DNA from: an uncultured Bacillota bacterium
GTDB taxonomy: Bacteria > Bacillota > DTU025 > MWDF01
DNA length: 64,000 nucleotides
Assembly: GCA_963823655.1 (NCBI GenBank)
Contig: CAWGMK010000007.1
Coordinates: 64,001-128,000 of the forward strand
Reading direction: 5' to 3'
The notes beneath the pieces were generated by a model. The model was given only the letters and a program-made list of their open reading frames with translations. It was not told the origin of the DNA and made no database searches. Of the stretch, positions 19,416 to 29,344 are shown in pieces. Each line of letters opens with the position of its first letter. Positions within the stretch are counted from its first letter, which is position 1. A program made the translations under genes and the position numbers.

Positions 19416-20187
19416 CTTTTTGCTCCTCCCCGAGGTAAGCCTCGATTACTTTGGAATCGTTCTGGATTTCCGAGGGCGTGCCCTGTGTGAGGAGCTTGCC
19501 GAAGTTGAGCACGTACATGCGCTCGCATATGTTCATGATTACGTCCATGTGGTGCTCAATAATCAGTATCGTGGTCGAGAATTCCTTCTTAACTTTGCGT
19601 ATGAACTCTATCAGCTCTACGCACTCCTGGGGGTTCATGCCGGCTGCTGGCTCGTCCAGAAGCAGCAGAGCAGGCTTTAATGCCAAAGCCCTTGCAATCT
19701 CGACTCGCCTTTGCATCCCGTACGGGAGGCTCGCCGATACCTCATCCTTCCGGTCCAGGAGACCTACCATGCCAAGAAGCCTGATAGCCTCCTCATGGCA
19801 CTCCTTCTCGCGCTTCTCATATAAGCCCGTGTGAAGGAATGAATCAAAGATGCTGTACGGTATCCTAAGATGCCCGGCAGTCCTGATGTTGTCGTAAACG
19901 CTCAAGCCCTTGAACAGCCTTATGTTCTGGAACGTCCTTACGACGCCAAGCTCGGCTATCTGATTCGGCCTCATGTTCACGATATTCTTGTCCTTGAATG
20001 TGATGATGCCGGTATCGGGCATGTAAACACCCGTTATGAGGTTGAATACGGTAGTCTTGCCGGCTCCGTTGGGACCGATCAACCCTACTATTTCACCTTC
20101 GTCTACATGGAGGTTGACGCTGTCGACCGCTGTCAGGCCTCCGAACTTTATCGTAAGGTTCTCAACATTGAAAAACGACATGGTCAT
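19402..20187 (-). CDS. livG: Branched-chain amino acid ABC transporter ATPase
   Basis: FGGLTAV, GPNGAGKTT, RTFQNIRLF, LPYGMQRRVEIARAL, IEHHM. Confidence 0.93.
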   Translation of the reverse strand: MTMSFFNVENLTIKFGGLTAVDSVNLHVDEGEIVGLIGPNGAGKTTVFNLITGVYMPDTGIITFKDKNIVNMRPNQIAELGVVRTFQNIRLFKGLSVYDNIRTAGHLRIPYSIFDSFLHTGLYEKREKECHEEAIRLLGMVGLLDRKDEVSASLPYGMQRRVEIARALALKPALLLLDEPAAGMNPQECVELIEFIRKVKKEFSTTILIIEHHMDVIMNICERMYVLNFGKLLTQGTPSEIQNDSKVIEAYLGEEQKDAED

Positions 20188-21191
20188 ACCTCCTTCTTCG
20201 ACGGTTTTCTAAATAGCCTGAAGTTCCTGATGCTCTCCCATGTGATTTCCTTGCGGCCGATAAGGCCCTGCGGCCTCGTTAACATGATTATTAGGAACAT
20301 CGCGGCATAGAATACGGTCCAGCCCCTCTTGATAAACGCGCCTGCCGCAGCCAAGCCCCAGCCTGTGAGGAGCGTTGCGGCGTTTCTGAATACCTCTGGA
20401 AGGAGCGTTATGCCGAAGGCGCCTGCGATCGACCCGGTAAGGCCGCCAATACCGCCGAGGATGACCATTGAGATGATCTCTACCGTCTTTGTGTAGTTGA
20501 ATATCTCAGGATGCAGGTACATCATATAGTGCCCGATGAGCGCGCCGCCTATGCCCGCGAAGAAGGACGATATGACGAAAGCCAGCACCTTGAAGGTCGT
20601 CGTGTCGATACCGACCGAGCGCGCAGCTATCTCGTCCTCCTTGACGGATACGAATGACCTGCCATGCTTCGAATGTACGAGGTTAGTTATGAGCCATATC
20701 GTGACGACAAGGGTAATCAGCACAACCGGCAGCGTAGATTGGAACGGCACTCCGGCGAGCCCCAGGCCGCCGCCTGTTAGCTCCGTAGTGTTGTTCAATA
20801 TCGCCGTGATTATGTACTGGAAGCCCAGCGTAACGACCGACAGATAGTCGCCGACGAGCCTCAGCGACGGGAAGCCAATCAGGAAGCCCGCGATGCCGGC
20901 CAGCGTTCCTCCGGCAATAAGGGATGGCAGGAATGGCCAGCTCAGCTTCATCATGAGTATCGCTGATGTGTAGGCCCCTATGGCCATGAAACCGGCGTGC
21001 CCCATGCTGAACTGCCCGGTGAATCCCGCGACCAGGTTCCAGCTGATGGCCAGTATCGCGTTGATGCAGAACAATGTGAGTATACCTATCGGATAGGCCT
21101 GAAGGTTGGCCTTAAGGAAGACCGCCAATCCCCACGCCACCAATATCTGGACTATAAGAGTGCCGAACCTCTTCAGAAATCCACTGCTCAT
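20184..21191 (-). CDS. livM: Branched-chain amino acid ABC transporter permease
   Basis: GFTGQFSMGHAGF, LRLVGDYL, EDEIAA, MVILGG; ATG at 21191. Confidence 0.92.
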   Translation of the reverse strand: MSSGFLKRFGTLIVQILVAWGLAVFLKANLQAYPIGILTLFCINAILAISWNLVAGFTGQFSMGHAGFMAIGAYTSAILMMKLSWPFLPSLIAGGTLAGIAGFLIGFPSLRLVGDYLSVVTLGFQYIITAILNNTTELTGGGLGLAGVPFQSTLPVVLITLVVTIWLITNLVHSKHGRSFVSVKEDEIAARSVGIDTTTFKVLAFVISSFFAGIGGALIGHYMMYLHPEIFNYTKTVEIISMVILGGIGGLTGSIAGAFGITLLPEVFRNAATLLTGWGLAAAGAFIKRGWTVFYAAMFLIIMLTRPQGLIGRKEITWESIRNFRLFRKPSKKEV

Positions 21192-21195
21192 GCCG

Positions 21196-22077
21196 TCACA
21201 CCTTCTCTTTCGTGCCCTTGCCGAAAAGCCCTGAGGGCTTGAAGAGCAATACGAGCACCAGAAGTATGAATGCGATGGCGTCCTTGAAATTGGATGATAT
21301 GTACCCAGCCCCGAAAGTCTCAAGGAAACCTATCAGATACCCGCCGACATAGGCGCCTTGGATGCTGCCTATGCCTCCGAGGACGGCAGCCGAGAACGAT
21401 TTAAGCCCGAAGAGGCCTCCTAATGAGGGATTGACGCTGAACTTCATCCCTATCAGCAGGCCTGCCGTGCTTGCCATCACTCCTGCCAGGAAGAAGGTCA
21501 CCGATATGGCCCCGTTTACGTTGATGCCCATCAGCGACGCCGCATCGCGGTCCATGGACACGGCTTTAATGGAAAGCCCCGTAAGGGTCCTGTTCACAAA
21601 GAACCAGAGTGCCAGCATGAGTATCACTGCCCCGACTACGAGGAATATATCCACCGGAGGTATGAGTACTCCGCCGAATTCCAAGGGTATCCCGGACAGG
21701 ATGCGAGGGTAAATGTGATAATCGGCGGAGAAATAAACCACTATGGCGTTCTCCACCAATAGTGATATTCCAATCGAAGTAATCAGCATGTTCAGCCGAG
21801 GCGCGTTCTTCAGGCGCAACGACCTGTATATCCTTTGTTCCGTGAACATCGAGAAAAGCCCCGACAGCACCATGCTCAGACCCATGGCCACCGGGAAGGG
21901 AACGATCTTCTGAAGCGATATCATGAGTGCGATATAAGCACCGAGCGTAAGAATCGATCCGTGAGCGAAGTTAATGAACTTCAATACTCCGAACACGAGA
22001 GTATATCCTACAGCCACCAGGGCGTACACGCTGCCTATTGACAGCCCGTTCCACAGCTGTTGCAGAAATTCTCCCAT
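21196..22077 (-). CDS. livH: Branched-chain amino acid ABC transporter permease
   Basis: NGLSIGSVYALVAVGYTLVFGVLKFINFAHG, AAVLGGIGS, KPSGLFG; ATG at 22077. Confidence 0.92.
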   Translation of the reverse strand: MGEFLQQLWNGLSIGSVYALVAVGYTLVFGVLKFINFAHGSILTLGAYIALMISLQKIVPFPVAMGLSMVLSGLFSMFTEQRIYRSLRLKNAPRLNMLITSIGISLLVENAIVVYFSADYHIYPRILSGIPLEFGGVLIPPVDIFLVVGAVILMLALWFFVNRTLTGLSIKAVSMDRDAASLMGINVNGAISVTFFLAGVMASTAGLLIGMKFSVNPSLGGLFGLKSFSAAVLGGIGSIQGAYVGGYLIGFLETFGAGYISSNFKDAIAFILLVLVLLFKPSGLFGKGTKEKV

Positions 22078-22296
22078 AAACTCTCTCCTTCCGGCGCGAG
22101 CAGCAAATCGAGCATGCCTTCTCCGGGTTGGCCCAGGATTTGAGTCCGGCTTTGAATCTGCCAAAGACTCGACGGACGAGCGTCCGCGACTATGCTTCGG
22201 TGGCCCGCACAAGAATCTACTTCGTACAAAATAAAGTGCCCCGCGGCCTACTTACCCGGCCGCAGGGCACGGCTGGGACTTGCTTTAACCCTGATA

Positions 22297-23487
22297 TTAC
22301 GGATTTACTTTCTCAACGAATGTGAAGCCGTTGTCCTTGACCTTTACGACCAATACCGGTTTGTCGAGAGGGTTATGGGTCTTCGGGTCCATAGTGAAGG
22401 TGCCAGACGGTACGGAAATATTGCTTATGTTCTCTATTGCCGCCCTTATTGCTTCCGGCTCTGCGCTTCCGGCCTTCTTAATGGCTTCCGCGAGGACAAT
22501 CATTGCCTCATAGGAGAAGCAGGCATTGGAGTTCGGCTCGGAGTTGAACTGCTTCCTGTACTTCACTGCGAACGCAAGTGCCTTCGGGTCCGGATCGTCA
22601 TCGACGTACAGCGTGGTCAGATACAGGTTCTTCAAAGCATCCGGACCAGCTATTTCGATGATCTTCGGAGCATGGGTGGAGTCTCCGCCCATAAACGGGA
22701 TGGTCGACATTCCAAGCTCCAGCATCTGGCGAAGTATCAGGCCGTTCGCGTCGTACGTGTTGGGCCCGATGATTACTTCGGGTTTGAGGCTCTTTATCTT
22801 TGTTAGCTGGGGTTTGAAGTCCTGGGTGGCATCGGGGAAGGTCTCTTCGCCGATGATCGTGCCGCCCAACTTAATGAAGCGCTCCTTGAAGTACTGGGCC
22901 AAACCCTTGCTGTAGTCCTGCGCGATGTTATAGAGCAGGGCAGCCTTTGTCTTCTTCAAGGTGTTGAATACGAAGTTTGCCATTACGGTGCCCTGTACAG
23001 AGTCGATGAAGCATGCGCGGAAATAGTACGGGTTGAGCTTCGTCGTGTCATTGGGGTCCATAACGACGTTGGGGTTGGTGCTTGTCGGAGCTATTGCGGG
23101 GCGCTTCAGTTCCATAAGTACTGGGCCGGCTGCTATCGAGTTGGAGCTTGCGATCTCTCCGAGAAGAGCAACTACCTTGTCCTGCTCGATCAGCTTGCGC
23201 ACTACGTTGGGAACGTTGACCTTATTCGACTGGGTGTCCTCGTAAACCAGTTCTATTTTCATTCCGAGGACTCCGCCGGCGGCGTTGATGTCCATTACCG
23301 CAAGGTCGGTGCCGTTCTTGTTAAGCTGTCCCTTGGCGGCATTCGAGCCTGTAAGGGGGTAGAAGCAGCCGATCTTTATCGTCTTGTCTGCGGCGGCCCC
23401 AACCAATACTGTTGTCATAAGCGCGACGATTATTAGGATAGGCACTACTAAGCTGCGGAAACTCTTGGCCTTAACATTGTTAATCAA
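22297..23487 (-). CDS. LivJ/LivK-family ABC substrate-binding protein
   Basis: Signal peptide, IKIGCFYPLTG, INAAGGVLG, YFRACFID, DYSKGL. Confidence 0.9.
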   Translation of the reverse strand: MINNVKAKSFRSLVVPILIIVALMTTVLVGAAADKTIKIGCFYPLTGSNAAKGQLNKNGTDLAVMDINAAGGVLGMKIELVYEDTQSNKVNVPNVVRKLIEQDKVVALLGEIASSNSIAAGPVLMELKRPAIAPTSTNPNVVMDPNDTTKLNPYYFRACFIDSVQGTVMANFVFNTLKKTKAALLYNIAQDYSKGLAQYFKERFIKLGGTIIGEETFPDATQDFKPQLTKIKSLKPEVIIGPNTYDANGLILRQMLELGMSTIPFMGGDSTHAPKIIEIAGPDALKNLYLTTLYVDDDPDPKALAFAVKYRKQFNSEPNSNACFSYEAMIVLAEAIKKAGSAEPEAIRAAIENISNISVPSGTFTMDPKTHNPLDKPVLVVKVKDNGFTFVEKVNP

Positions 23488-23864
23488 GATTCCACCTCCT
23501 GGTCCATGATGAATTTTTTATTTGCCATCTGGAACTCTAAACCTTAGTTGTGCTGGGTGATGCCCGAGCCTTATGAAATGGGCACCTCTGTTCGTCTAAC
23601 GTCTCGCGTACAACACCCCTTTCGATACAATAACTGAACTGGATCGTTTCTTTTTGATACTTGATGTTTTAATAAGCACTAGATTATTTCTATGGGAAGG
23701 TTGCTTAGTCCTGTATTTCACGGCTTGTATTTTTATTTATACTTACAGGACGCACGCCATAGATAACTTGTTCAAAGTTTTACAAAATCTGCCGTTTTGC
23801 TGCCTTTTCTTATCAAAACATAGCCTTGGGCGGAAGATTGCGCTGATTATGCCAGGTAGCCTTG

Positions 23865-25007
23865 TCATACATTGAACTTGATCAGCACGATATCTGCGTC
23901 CTTGATCTCATAATCCCTGCCTTCGGACCTGATTTTACCATGCTCCTTGGCAGTGGCGTAGGATCCGATTTTCTCAAGTTCGCCGAAGTTTATCACATCT
24001 GCCTTGATAAAGCCGCGTTCCATGTCGGTGTGGATCTTACCTGCGGCGACTGACGCATGCGTCCCCTTCGGTATGGACCATGCCCTCGTCTCTGTGCCTT
24101 TCATTGTGAAGAATGAAATCAGGTCCAGTGCTTTGTAGCATTTCTCGACCATATGCTCGGACAGTGGCCTGTCCAAGCCTAGCTGTGCAAGATATTCGGC
24201 CGCGTCCGTTTCTCCCAGTTCGGCAAGCTGATTGTCTAGCTCAGCGCAGATTACGGCAAGCGGGCTGGAACTGTCGATCTTCCTTATCTGTTGCAAGGCC
24301 GCCTCGAACATCCCCTTCTTTGCCGGCATCTGTTCTTCGAAAAGTTCTGGCATCAGTGGCGGAAGCTCACTAACCTGAGCCTCATCGATGTTAAGTACGA
24401 TTATCGCGGGCTTTGCAGTAAGCAGGAAAAGCCTTGCGACCGCATTCCTCTCCTCCTCTGCCAGCTCTATGGACCTTAGGAGTATGCCCTTTGACAAGTG
24501 AGTTTTGAGCCTCTTCAGCACATCAATCTCGTCCCTGTATCTTTTCTCACCGGTTTTTAGCATCGGCTCTGCCTTCTGTATGGCTTTGTCCACTGTCTGA
24601 AGGTCGGCCAGGATGAGTTCGGTGTTCACAATATCCAGGTCCCTCGCCGGATCTACGCTTCCCTCGATATGGATAACATCCTTGTTTTCGAAGCATCTCG
24701 CGACATGGGCTATTGCATCGCACTCCCTTATGTGGCCAAGGAATTTATTGCCAAGCCCCTCACCCTTCCAGGCGCCTTTTACAAGGCCGGCGATGTCGAA
24801 ATACTCGATCGTGGCGTAAGTGATCTTGTCTGCTTTGGCAAGATGGGCCACCTGGGGCAGCCGCCTGTCCGGGATTTCCACTATGCCGACGTTTGGCTCA
24901 ACTGTAGTGAAAGGATAGCTGCCGACAAGGGCTCCAGCCCTTGTAAGCGCGTTGAACAGGGTGCTCTTTCCCGCATTAGGAAGTCCTACGATGCCTATCC
25001 TGAGCAT
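23865..25007 (-). CDS. ychF: Redox-regulated ribosome-binding ATPase YchF
   Basis: GIVGLPNAGKSTLFNAL, DIAGLVKGA, GLGNKFL, AGKIHTD. Confidence 0.96.
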   Translation of the reverse strand: MLRIGIVGLPNAGKSTLFNALTRAGALVGSYPFTTVEPNVGIVEIPDRRLPQVAHLAKADKITYATIEYFDIAGLVKGAWKGEGLGNKFLGHIRECDAIAHVARCFENKDVIHIEGSVDPARDLDIVNTELILADLQTVDKAIQKAEPMLKTGEKRYRDEIDVLKRLKTHLSKGILLRSIELAEEERNAVARLFLLTAKPAIIVLNIDEAQVSELPPLMPELFEEQMPAKKGMFEAALQQIRKIDSSSPLAVICAELDNQLAELGETDAAEYLAQLGLDRPLSEHMVEKCYKALDLISFFTMKGTETRAWSIPKGTHASVAAGKIHTDMERGFIKADVINFGELEKIGSYATAKEHGKIRSEGRDYEIKDADIVLIKFNV

Positions 25008-25025
25008 AGGTACTACCTCCTTGCC

Positions 25026-25232
25026 CTACTCTGACCTGCCTACCACTGATTTCACAAGCTTCTCCAATTCCCCTCTTGCCATGACCACCTGTCGTCCGCA
25101 TTTGTAGCATTTGATCCTGTAGTCAGCCCCGGTCCTTATGATCACCCAGTCGAAAGATCCGCAAGGATGCTTCTTCCTAAGCTTGACCACGTCTCCCGGA
25201 GAGTATGGAAAGTAGGATTTCTCCTCATTCAT
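25026..25232 (-). CDS. DUF951-family protein
   Basis: GDVVKLRKKHPCGS...GADYRIKCYKCGR. Confidence 0.88.
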   Translation of the reverse strand: MNEEKSYFPYSPGDVVKLRKKHPCGSFDWVIIRTGADYRIKCYKCGRQVVMARGELEKLVKSVVGRSE

Positions 25233-26148
25233 CCTTTTTGCCCTTCTCGACGGCCGGGAAAAGCCCGGTATCTATAGTTATAGTGCGGTGCGGGCTTGCG
25301 AATGATATTGAATTGTCATCGCATGCCTTCTTAAGCACCTTGTTCAGGTCCCTCGCAATTCCCCAATGCTTCATGGGGACCCCCCTTGCCCAGATCCTTA
25401 TCCTGCAGCCCAATTCGTTCATCTCTTCCACGCCTAGCACCTTCGGGCCGTCGATGAGCCCGTCCAATTCCGGCTTGGCGGCGTCCATCGCCTCCTGGAA
25501 TACCGCTATTGCCCTTTCGACGTCCTCTCTTATGTCTATGGTGATCGCCATCCATATCCTCAGGCCGTCGCTTCTATAGTTGGTCACCTTGCTTATGTTG
25601 CCGTTGGGTATAATGTGGAGCTCGCCGCCGAAGTCGCGCACTTTGGTTACTCTCATCTGGATTTCTTCAACGATGCCTTCGCTTCCTTCTATCTTCACGA
25701 AGTCGCCTACTGCGTATTGGTCTTCGAACAGCAGGAAGAAGCCGGATATTATGTCCTTTATAAGGGCTTGGGCCCCGAAGCCCAGCGCCAGGCCAGCAAA
25801 GCCGGCTCCGGCCAGCAGGCTGGTCGTGTTCAGTCCCAACGCTTCAAGCGACATGAGCGCCGCTACGAAATATATTACATACTTTGAGATGCTTTTCAGG
25901 ATCGTGCCGCTCGTCTGTATGCGCCTCGGGTCGCTCAATTTGCGGTTTTCGTATTTAAGCCTCTTGTTAGTAAGTGTTTTGATCATACTTGATACTATTC
26001 GATTGATTATTGCCGCAAATATGAATATCAGCAGCACCGATACTATCTTTGCCCCGACTTCCACTATGGGCACTACATTGCCGATCGGAAGGTGCAGAAC
26101 ACCGGAAATCCATTCTGCCACTGTGTACGTTAACTTCAAAGGCACCAC
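25225..26148 (-). CDS. MscS-family mechanosensitive channel
   Basis: GLALGFGAQALIKD, FEDQYAVGD, IPNGNI. Confidence 0.92.
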   Translation of the reverse strand: MVPLKLTYTVAEWISGVLHLPIGNVVPIVEVGAKIVSVLLIFIFAAIINRIVSSMIKTLTNKRLKYENRKLSDPRRIQTSGTILKSISKYVIYFVAALMSLEALGLNTTSLLAGAGFAGLALGFGAQALIKDIISGFFLLFEDQYAVGDFVKIEGSEGIVEEIQMRVTKVRDFGGELHIIPNGNISKVTNYRSDGLRIWMAITIDIREDVERAIAVFQEAMDAAKPELDGLIDGPKVLGVEEMNELGCRIRIWARGVPMKHWGIARDLNKVLKKACDDNSISFASPHRTITIDTGLFPAVEKGKKDE

Positions 26149-26159
26149 CTCCGGCTCAT

Positions 26160-26175
26160 TGTTTCACGTGGAACA
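26160..26175. promoter_or_regulatory. parS centromere-like site
   Basis: TGTTTCACGTGGAACA, matching the parS consensus TGTTNCACGTGAAACA on the opposite strand. Confidence 0.88.
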
Positions 26176-26700
26176 TCACAATTTGACTATGGCACCCAGG
26201 ATGCCGGTTACGAACAGGAGAAGTATCGGGTCCGCCTTGAGGAAAAAGGCTGCGGCAAGTGCCGCGACGAATATCGCAATACTTGCTGTGCTTCCCAAAG
26301 CCGCGGCTCCCATAGAGAAGGCAGCTGAGGCGATAAGGCCTATTACGGCAGCCCTCAGTATGGCCTTGACGGCCTTCATCTTCTTGTTATCCTTAAGCTT
26401 GTTCACAAAATACGTAAGTACCAGGATTATCAGCACAGGAAAGAAGATGACCCCTACAGTGCCCGTGATAGCGCCGAGGATCCCTGCAAGCTTATACCCT
26501 ATGAAAGTTGACGCGTTAAGAGCTATCGGGCCCGGGGTTACTTCCGCTATGGCCACTACATCGAGGAACTCCTCCATGGTCAGCCAACCATTTTTGATTA
26601 TTATCTCCGTCTGTATCAGCCTTAAGGCCGCGTAGCCTCCTCCGAATGTGAATAGTCCCACCCTTGCGAAGCTTGCAAATAGATCTATCAAGATCGACAT
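26176..26700 (-). CDS. Short-chain chromate transporter (CHR family)
   Basis: GLFTFGGGY, TPGPIALN. Confidence 0.9.
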   Translation of the reverse strand: MSILIDLFASFARVGLFTFGGGYAALRLIQTEIIIKNGWLTMEEFLDVVAIAEVTPGPIALNASTFIGYKLAGILGAITGTVGVIFFPVLIILVLTYFVNKLKDNKKMKAVKAILRAAVIGLIASAAFSMGAAALGSTASIAIFVAALAAAFFLKADPILLLFVTGILGAIVKL

Positions 26701-27272
26701 TACAGCACCCCCTCAGGCAGCAGCAGCGCCAATAGGGCGAAGCCTGCTATTATCGGGAAGGGGCTTACCTTAAGCAGGAAATTGAGCGCGAAGGCAATTG
26801 CTGCAATCAGCAGATGGAAGGGCTTCTTAACACATGTCTTCGAAAGAGTGATGACTGCCGTGGCAATTAAGGCTACTACCGCAGGCCTTATCGCCTTGAA
26901 CGCGCTTTGAAACGCCTCATATTTCATAAATGTGGGGAATACTGCAGCTATCAGGGTTATGATTATAAGCGACGGAAGCGCGCAACCCAGGACCGCGGCA
27001 GCGGCCCCTGACTTCCTTTTTAGCGTATACCCTACATAAGTGGCCGTATTGATGGCTATGGGGCCCGGTGCCGCCTGCGTAATACCGAGCATGTCAGAGA
27101 ATTCTTCTTTGCTCATCCAACTTCTTTTCTCTGTGATCTCTTTCTGCATGACGGGCACCATTACATATCCGCCGCCGATAGTGAACATGCCTATTTTGAA
27201 GAACAGTTTGAATATATCCAGGAGAGATGGCTTCGCATCCCTTTCTAAGGCCGCCTTTTCCAATTTTCGCAC
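26700..27272 (-). CDS. Short-chain chromate transporter (CHR family)
   Basis: KIGMFTIGGGY, APGPIAIN. Confidence 0.9.
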   Translation of the reverse strand: MRKLEKAALERDAKPSLLDIFKLFFKIGMFTIGGGYVMVPVMQKEITEKRSWMSKEEFSDMLGITQAAPGPIAINTATYVGYTLKRKSGAAAAVLGCALPSLIIITLIAAVFPTFMKYEAFQSAFKAIRPAVVALIATAVITLSKTCVKKPFHLLIAAIAFALNFLLKVSPFPIIAGFALLALLLPEGVL

Positions 27273-27287
27273 CTCTTATTGATTATT

Positions 27288-27308
27288 GCCCCGCCTTGAC
27301 GGCGGGGC
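27288..27308. terminator. GC-rich hairpin downstream of ilvE
   Basis: GCCCCGCC-TTGAC-GGCGGGGC; the U-tract on the minus strand is weak. Confidence 0.45.
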
Positions 27309-27336
27309 TTTCACCTTCAGTATCAAGTTTCGGATT

Positions 27337-28263
27337 CTATTTGCTTATTACAGGTGTGCACCAGTGCATGTATTTGTCTGAGCGACCTCTTACGACTTCG
27401 TAATAGAGGTTTTGCAGTTCCTTTGAAATCGGGCCTACCTTACCGGTTCCGACCGGCACCCTGTCCACCGCCACTATCGGCGCAAGTTCAGCACCTGTGC
27501 CGCAGATGAACGCTTCGTCGCTGATATAGAGCTCAGAGCGGTCGATCGTCCTTTCCACGCACTCAAGGCCCATTTCTTTGCGAGCGAGCTCCATCAATGA
27601 AGCCCTCGTGATTCCCTCAAGTATATGTGAGCTGACGCTGGGTGTAATCAACTTGCCGTCTCGTATTATGAAAAGGTTCTCAGCGCTTCCCTCGGATACG
27701 TGGCCGTCCCTGTTCATGAATATTGCCTCGTCATATCCGTCGTCCTGTGCCTCGCTCTTTGCGTAAGAGGCGTTGATATATGCCCCGTTTACCTTGGCCC
27801 GCATGGGAATGCAGTTATCCTCGACGTGAGCCCATGAGCTTACGCATACGCTAAGTCCCTTTGAAGTGTCTATGTATTTTCCATAAGCCGTCGCAAAACA
27901 GCAGAAATCGTTTGCTACTCCTGTTAGTTTTACTCCGATCCCGAGGCCGCTTTTATAAGCCACGGGCCTGATATACACGTCATTTCCCTGAAATTCGCTT
28001 CTTCTTAGCAGCTCCAGTGTTATTTCGGACAGTTCCTCCGCAGTCTGGTTCAGAAAGATCCTGGTTATCTTTGTTGAGTTCTTAAGCCTCTTGTAGTGCT
28101 CTAGGAGCCTGAACACGAATAGCTGATCCTTTTCGGCGTTCCAATAGGCGCGGATACCTTCGAAGCATGCCGTCCCATAGAGGAAGGCATGCGTCATAAT
28201 GCTGATTTTCGCATCCTCCAGGGGGACGAACTGGCCTTCAAGATAGGCCACTGGTTTTGACAT
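27337..28263 (-). CDS. ilvE: Branched-chain amino acid aminotransferase
   Basis: YGTACFEGIRAY, YIRP, SEGSAENLF, LEGITR, GTGAE. Confidence 0.93.
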   Translation of the reverse strand: MSKPVAYLEGQFVPLEDAKISIMTHAFLYGTACFEGIRAYWNAEKDQLFVFRLLEHYKRLKNSTKITRIFLNQTAEELSEITLELLRRSEFQGNDVYIRPVAYKSGLGIGVKLTGVANDFCCFATAYGKYIDTSKGLSVCVSSWAHVEDNCIPMRAKVNGAYINASYAKSEAQDDGYDEAIFMNRDGHVSEGSAENLFIIRDGKLITPSVSSHILEGITRASLMELARKEMGLECVERTIDRSELYISDEAFICGTGAELAPIVAVDRVPVGTGKVGPISKELQNLYYEVVRGRSDKYMHWCTPVISK

Positions 28264-28284
28264 TTACAAAACCTCCTTAAATAG

Positions 28285-28806
28285 TCACTTCTGCCTGGTA
28301 AGTAGTATGATTGCGACCCCTAGCAGGAAAGCTATCGCAACCCAAGAGTACCTCCAGAAAAACTGCTTCCTTTTTCCTCTCTTAATATCCCCTCTTCCCA
28401 TCTCCAGCTGCTTGGCCGTTTTTATCAGCGGAATTCCCTTGTCATATCTTTTCTCGCTTGTATAGAGAACCCCCAAGTTGTGGTACGCGTTCGCGTATGC
28501 CGGATCTGCCTGTATCGCCCGCTCGTAATACTCGATAGCTTTAAGGCTGTCGCCTCTTTCCTTATATATGTTGCCAAGGTTCGTATAAGCGGGGCTGCAC
28601 TCTTTATTGATGCTTATCGCAGCCCTAAATTCAGCCTCCGCTTCAGCAATCCTGCCTATGTTGATTAAGCAGACCCCTGCCTTATTCCTTACGGACGCAT
28701 ATGCCTGGCCTTCAGCCCCCAGGCTGTTAAGCAGGGCCAACGCCTCTTCCGGCTTTCTTTGGAAGAGCAGGTCCTGCGCTTTTTCGATTACATCTTCTAT
28801 AGGCAA
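28285..28806 (-). CDS. TPR-repeat protein with C-terminal TM anchor
   Basis: AYTNLGNIY and AYHNLGVLY TPR motifs; hydrophobic C-terminus. Confidence 0.85.
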   Translation of the reverse strand: MPIEDVIEKAQDLLFQRKPEEALALLNSLGAEGQAYASVRNKAGVCLINIGRIAEAEAEFRAAISINKECSPAYTNLGNIYKERGDSLKAIEYYERAIQADPAYANAYHNLGVLYTSEKRYDKGIPLIKTAKQLEMGRGDIKRGKRKQFFWRYSWVAIAFLLGVAIILLTRQK

Positions 28807-28830
28807 GTCCTTCTCCTTCGCCGATTTCCC

Positions 28831-29323
28831 CTACTTGCCTGACATGCCCCTTGCCTTTTCTATCGCTTCTGTCTCCTCGGGGCTAATCAGGTACTTGGAG
28901 GAACCGTTTTCCACAGGCTTTGCATAAACTCTTGTCTCTGCGTGGCCATATATTCCAGTAAGTGCTATTCCGCTCGCCTTATCATCCAAAATGGCCATTG
29001 AGAAGCTCTGCTCTCCGCCCACGCCTTCGAATGCGTTATACCGCACCACGCCTACGTTCTGGAGATGAGTTGCGGATTTCAGCTTCGATCTTGGCGCTTC
29101 TTTCCTCCAGGGATGCGGTCCTTTTCTCCAGCTCCTTGGATGCTTTGAGATATGCCAGGAGCGCCTGTTCCACATTCTGCGAAGAGACTCCGGCTATTAG
29201 GTCCGTATACTGCTTCCTCAGTTTTCTGAGGCCGATCAGCAGGCTTATTAGCAGCGCGGCCAGGACTGCCAGGACCAATGAGAATATGCCCGGCACCAAG
29301 TAGTCTCGAATCTCGAATTCCAT
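28831..29323 (-). CDS. DUF4446-family protein, frameshifted near 29070
   Basis: TM plus coiled coil in one frame; HLQNVGVVRYNAF...GGEQSFS...YAKP...SPEE in the adjacent frame. Confidence 0.8.
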
Positions 29324-29344
29324 ATAAGGGCTACCGCCTTTCAA

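Noticed and set aside
23560-23640. AGAGGTGC and GAAAGGGG motifs suggesting a lysine riboswitch upstream of the liv binding-protein gene
   Set aside because: The motifs are in the wrong order and the remaining helices could not be built.
10710-23860. Mobile element call for the accessory block
   Set aside because: No integrase, transposase, terminal inverted repeats or target duplication seen.
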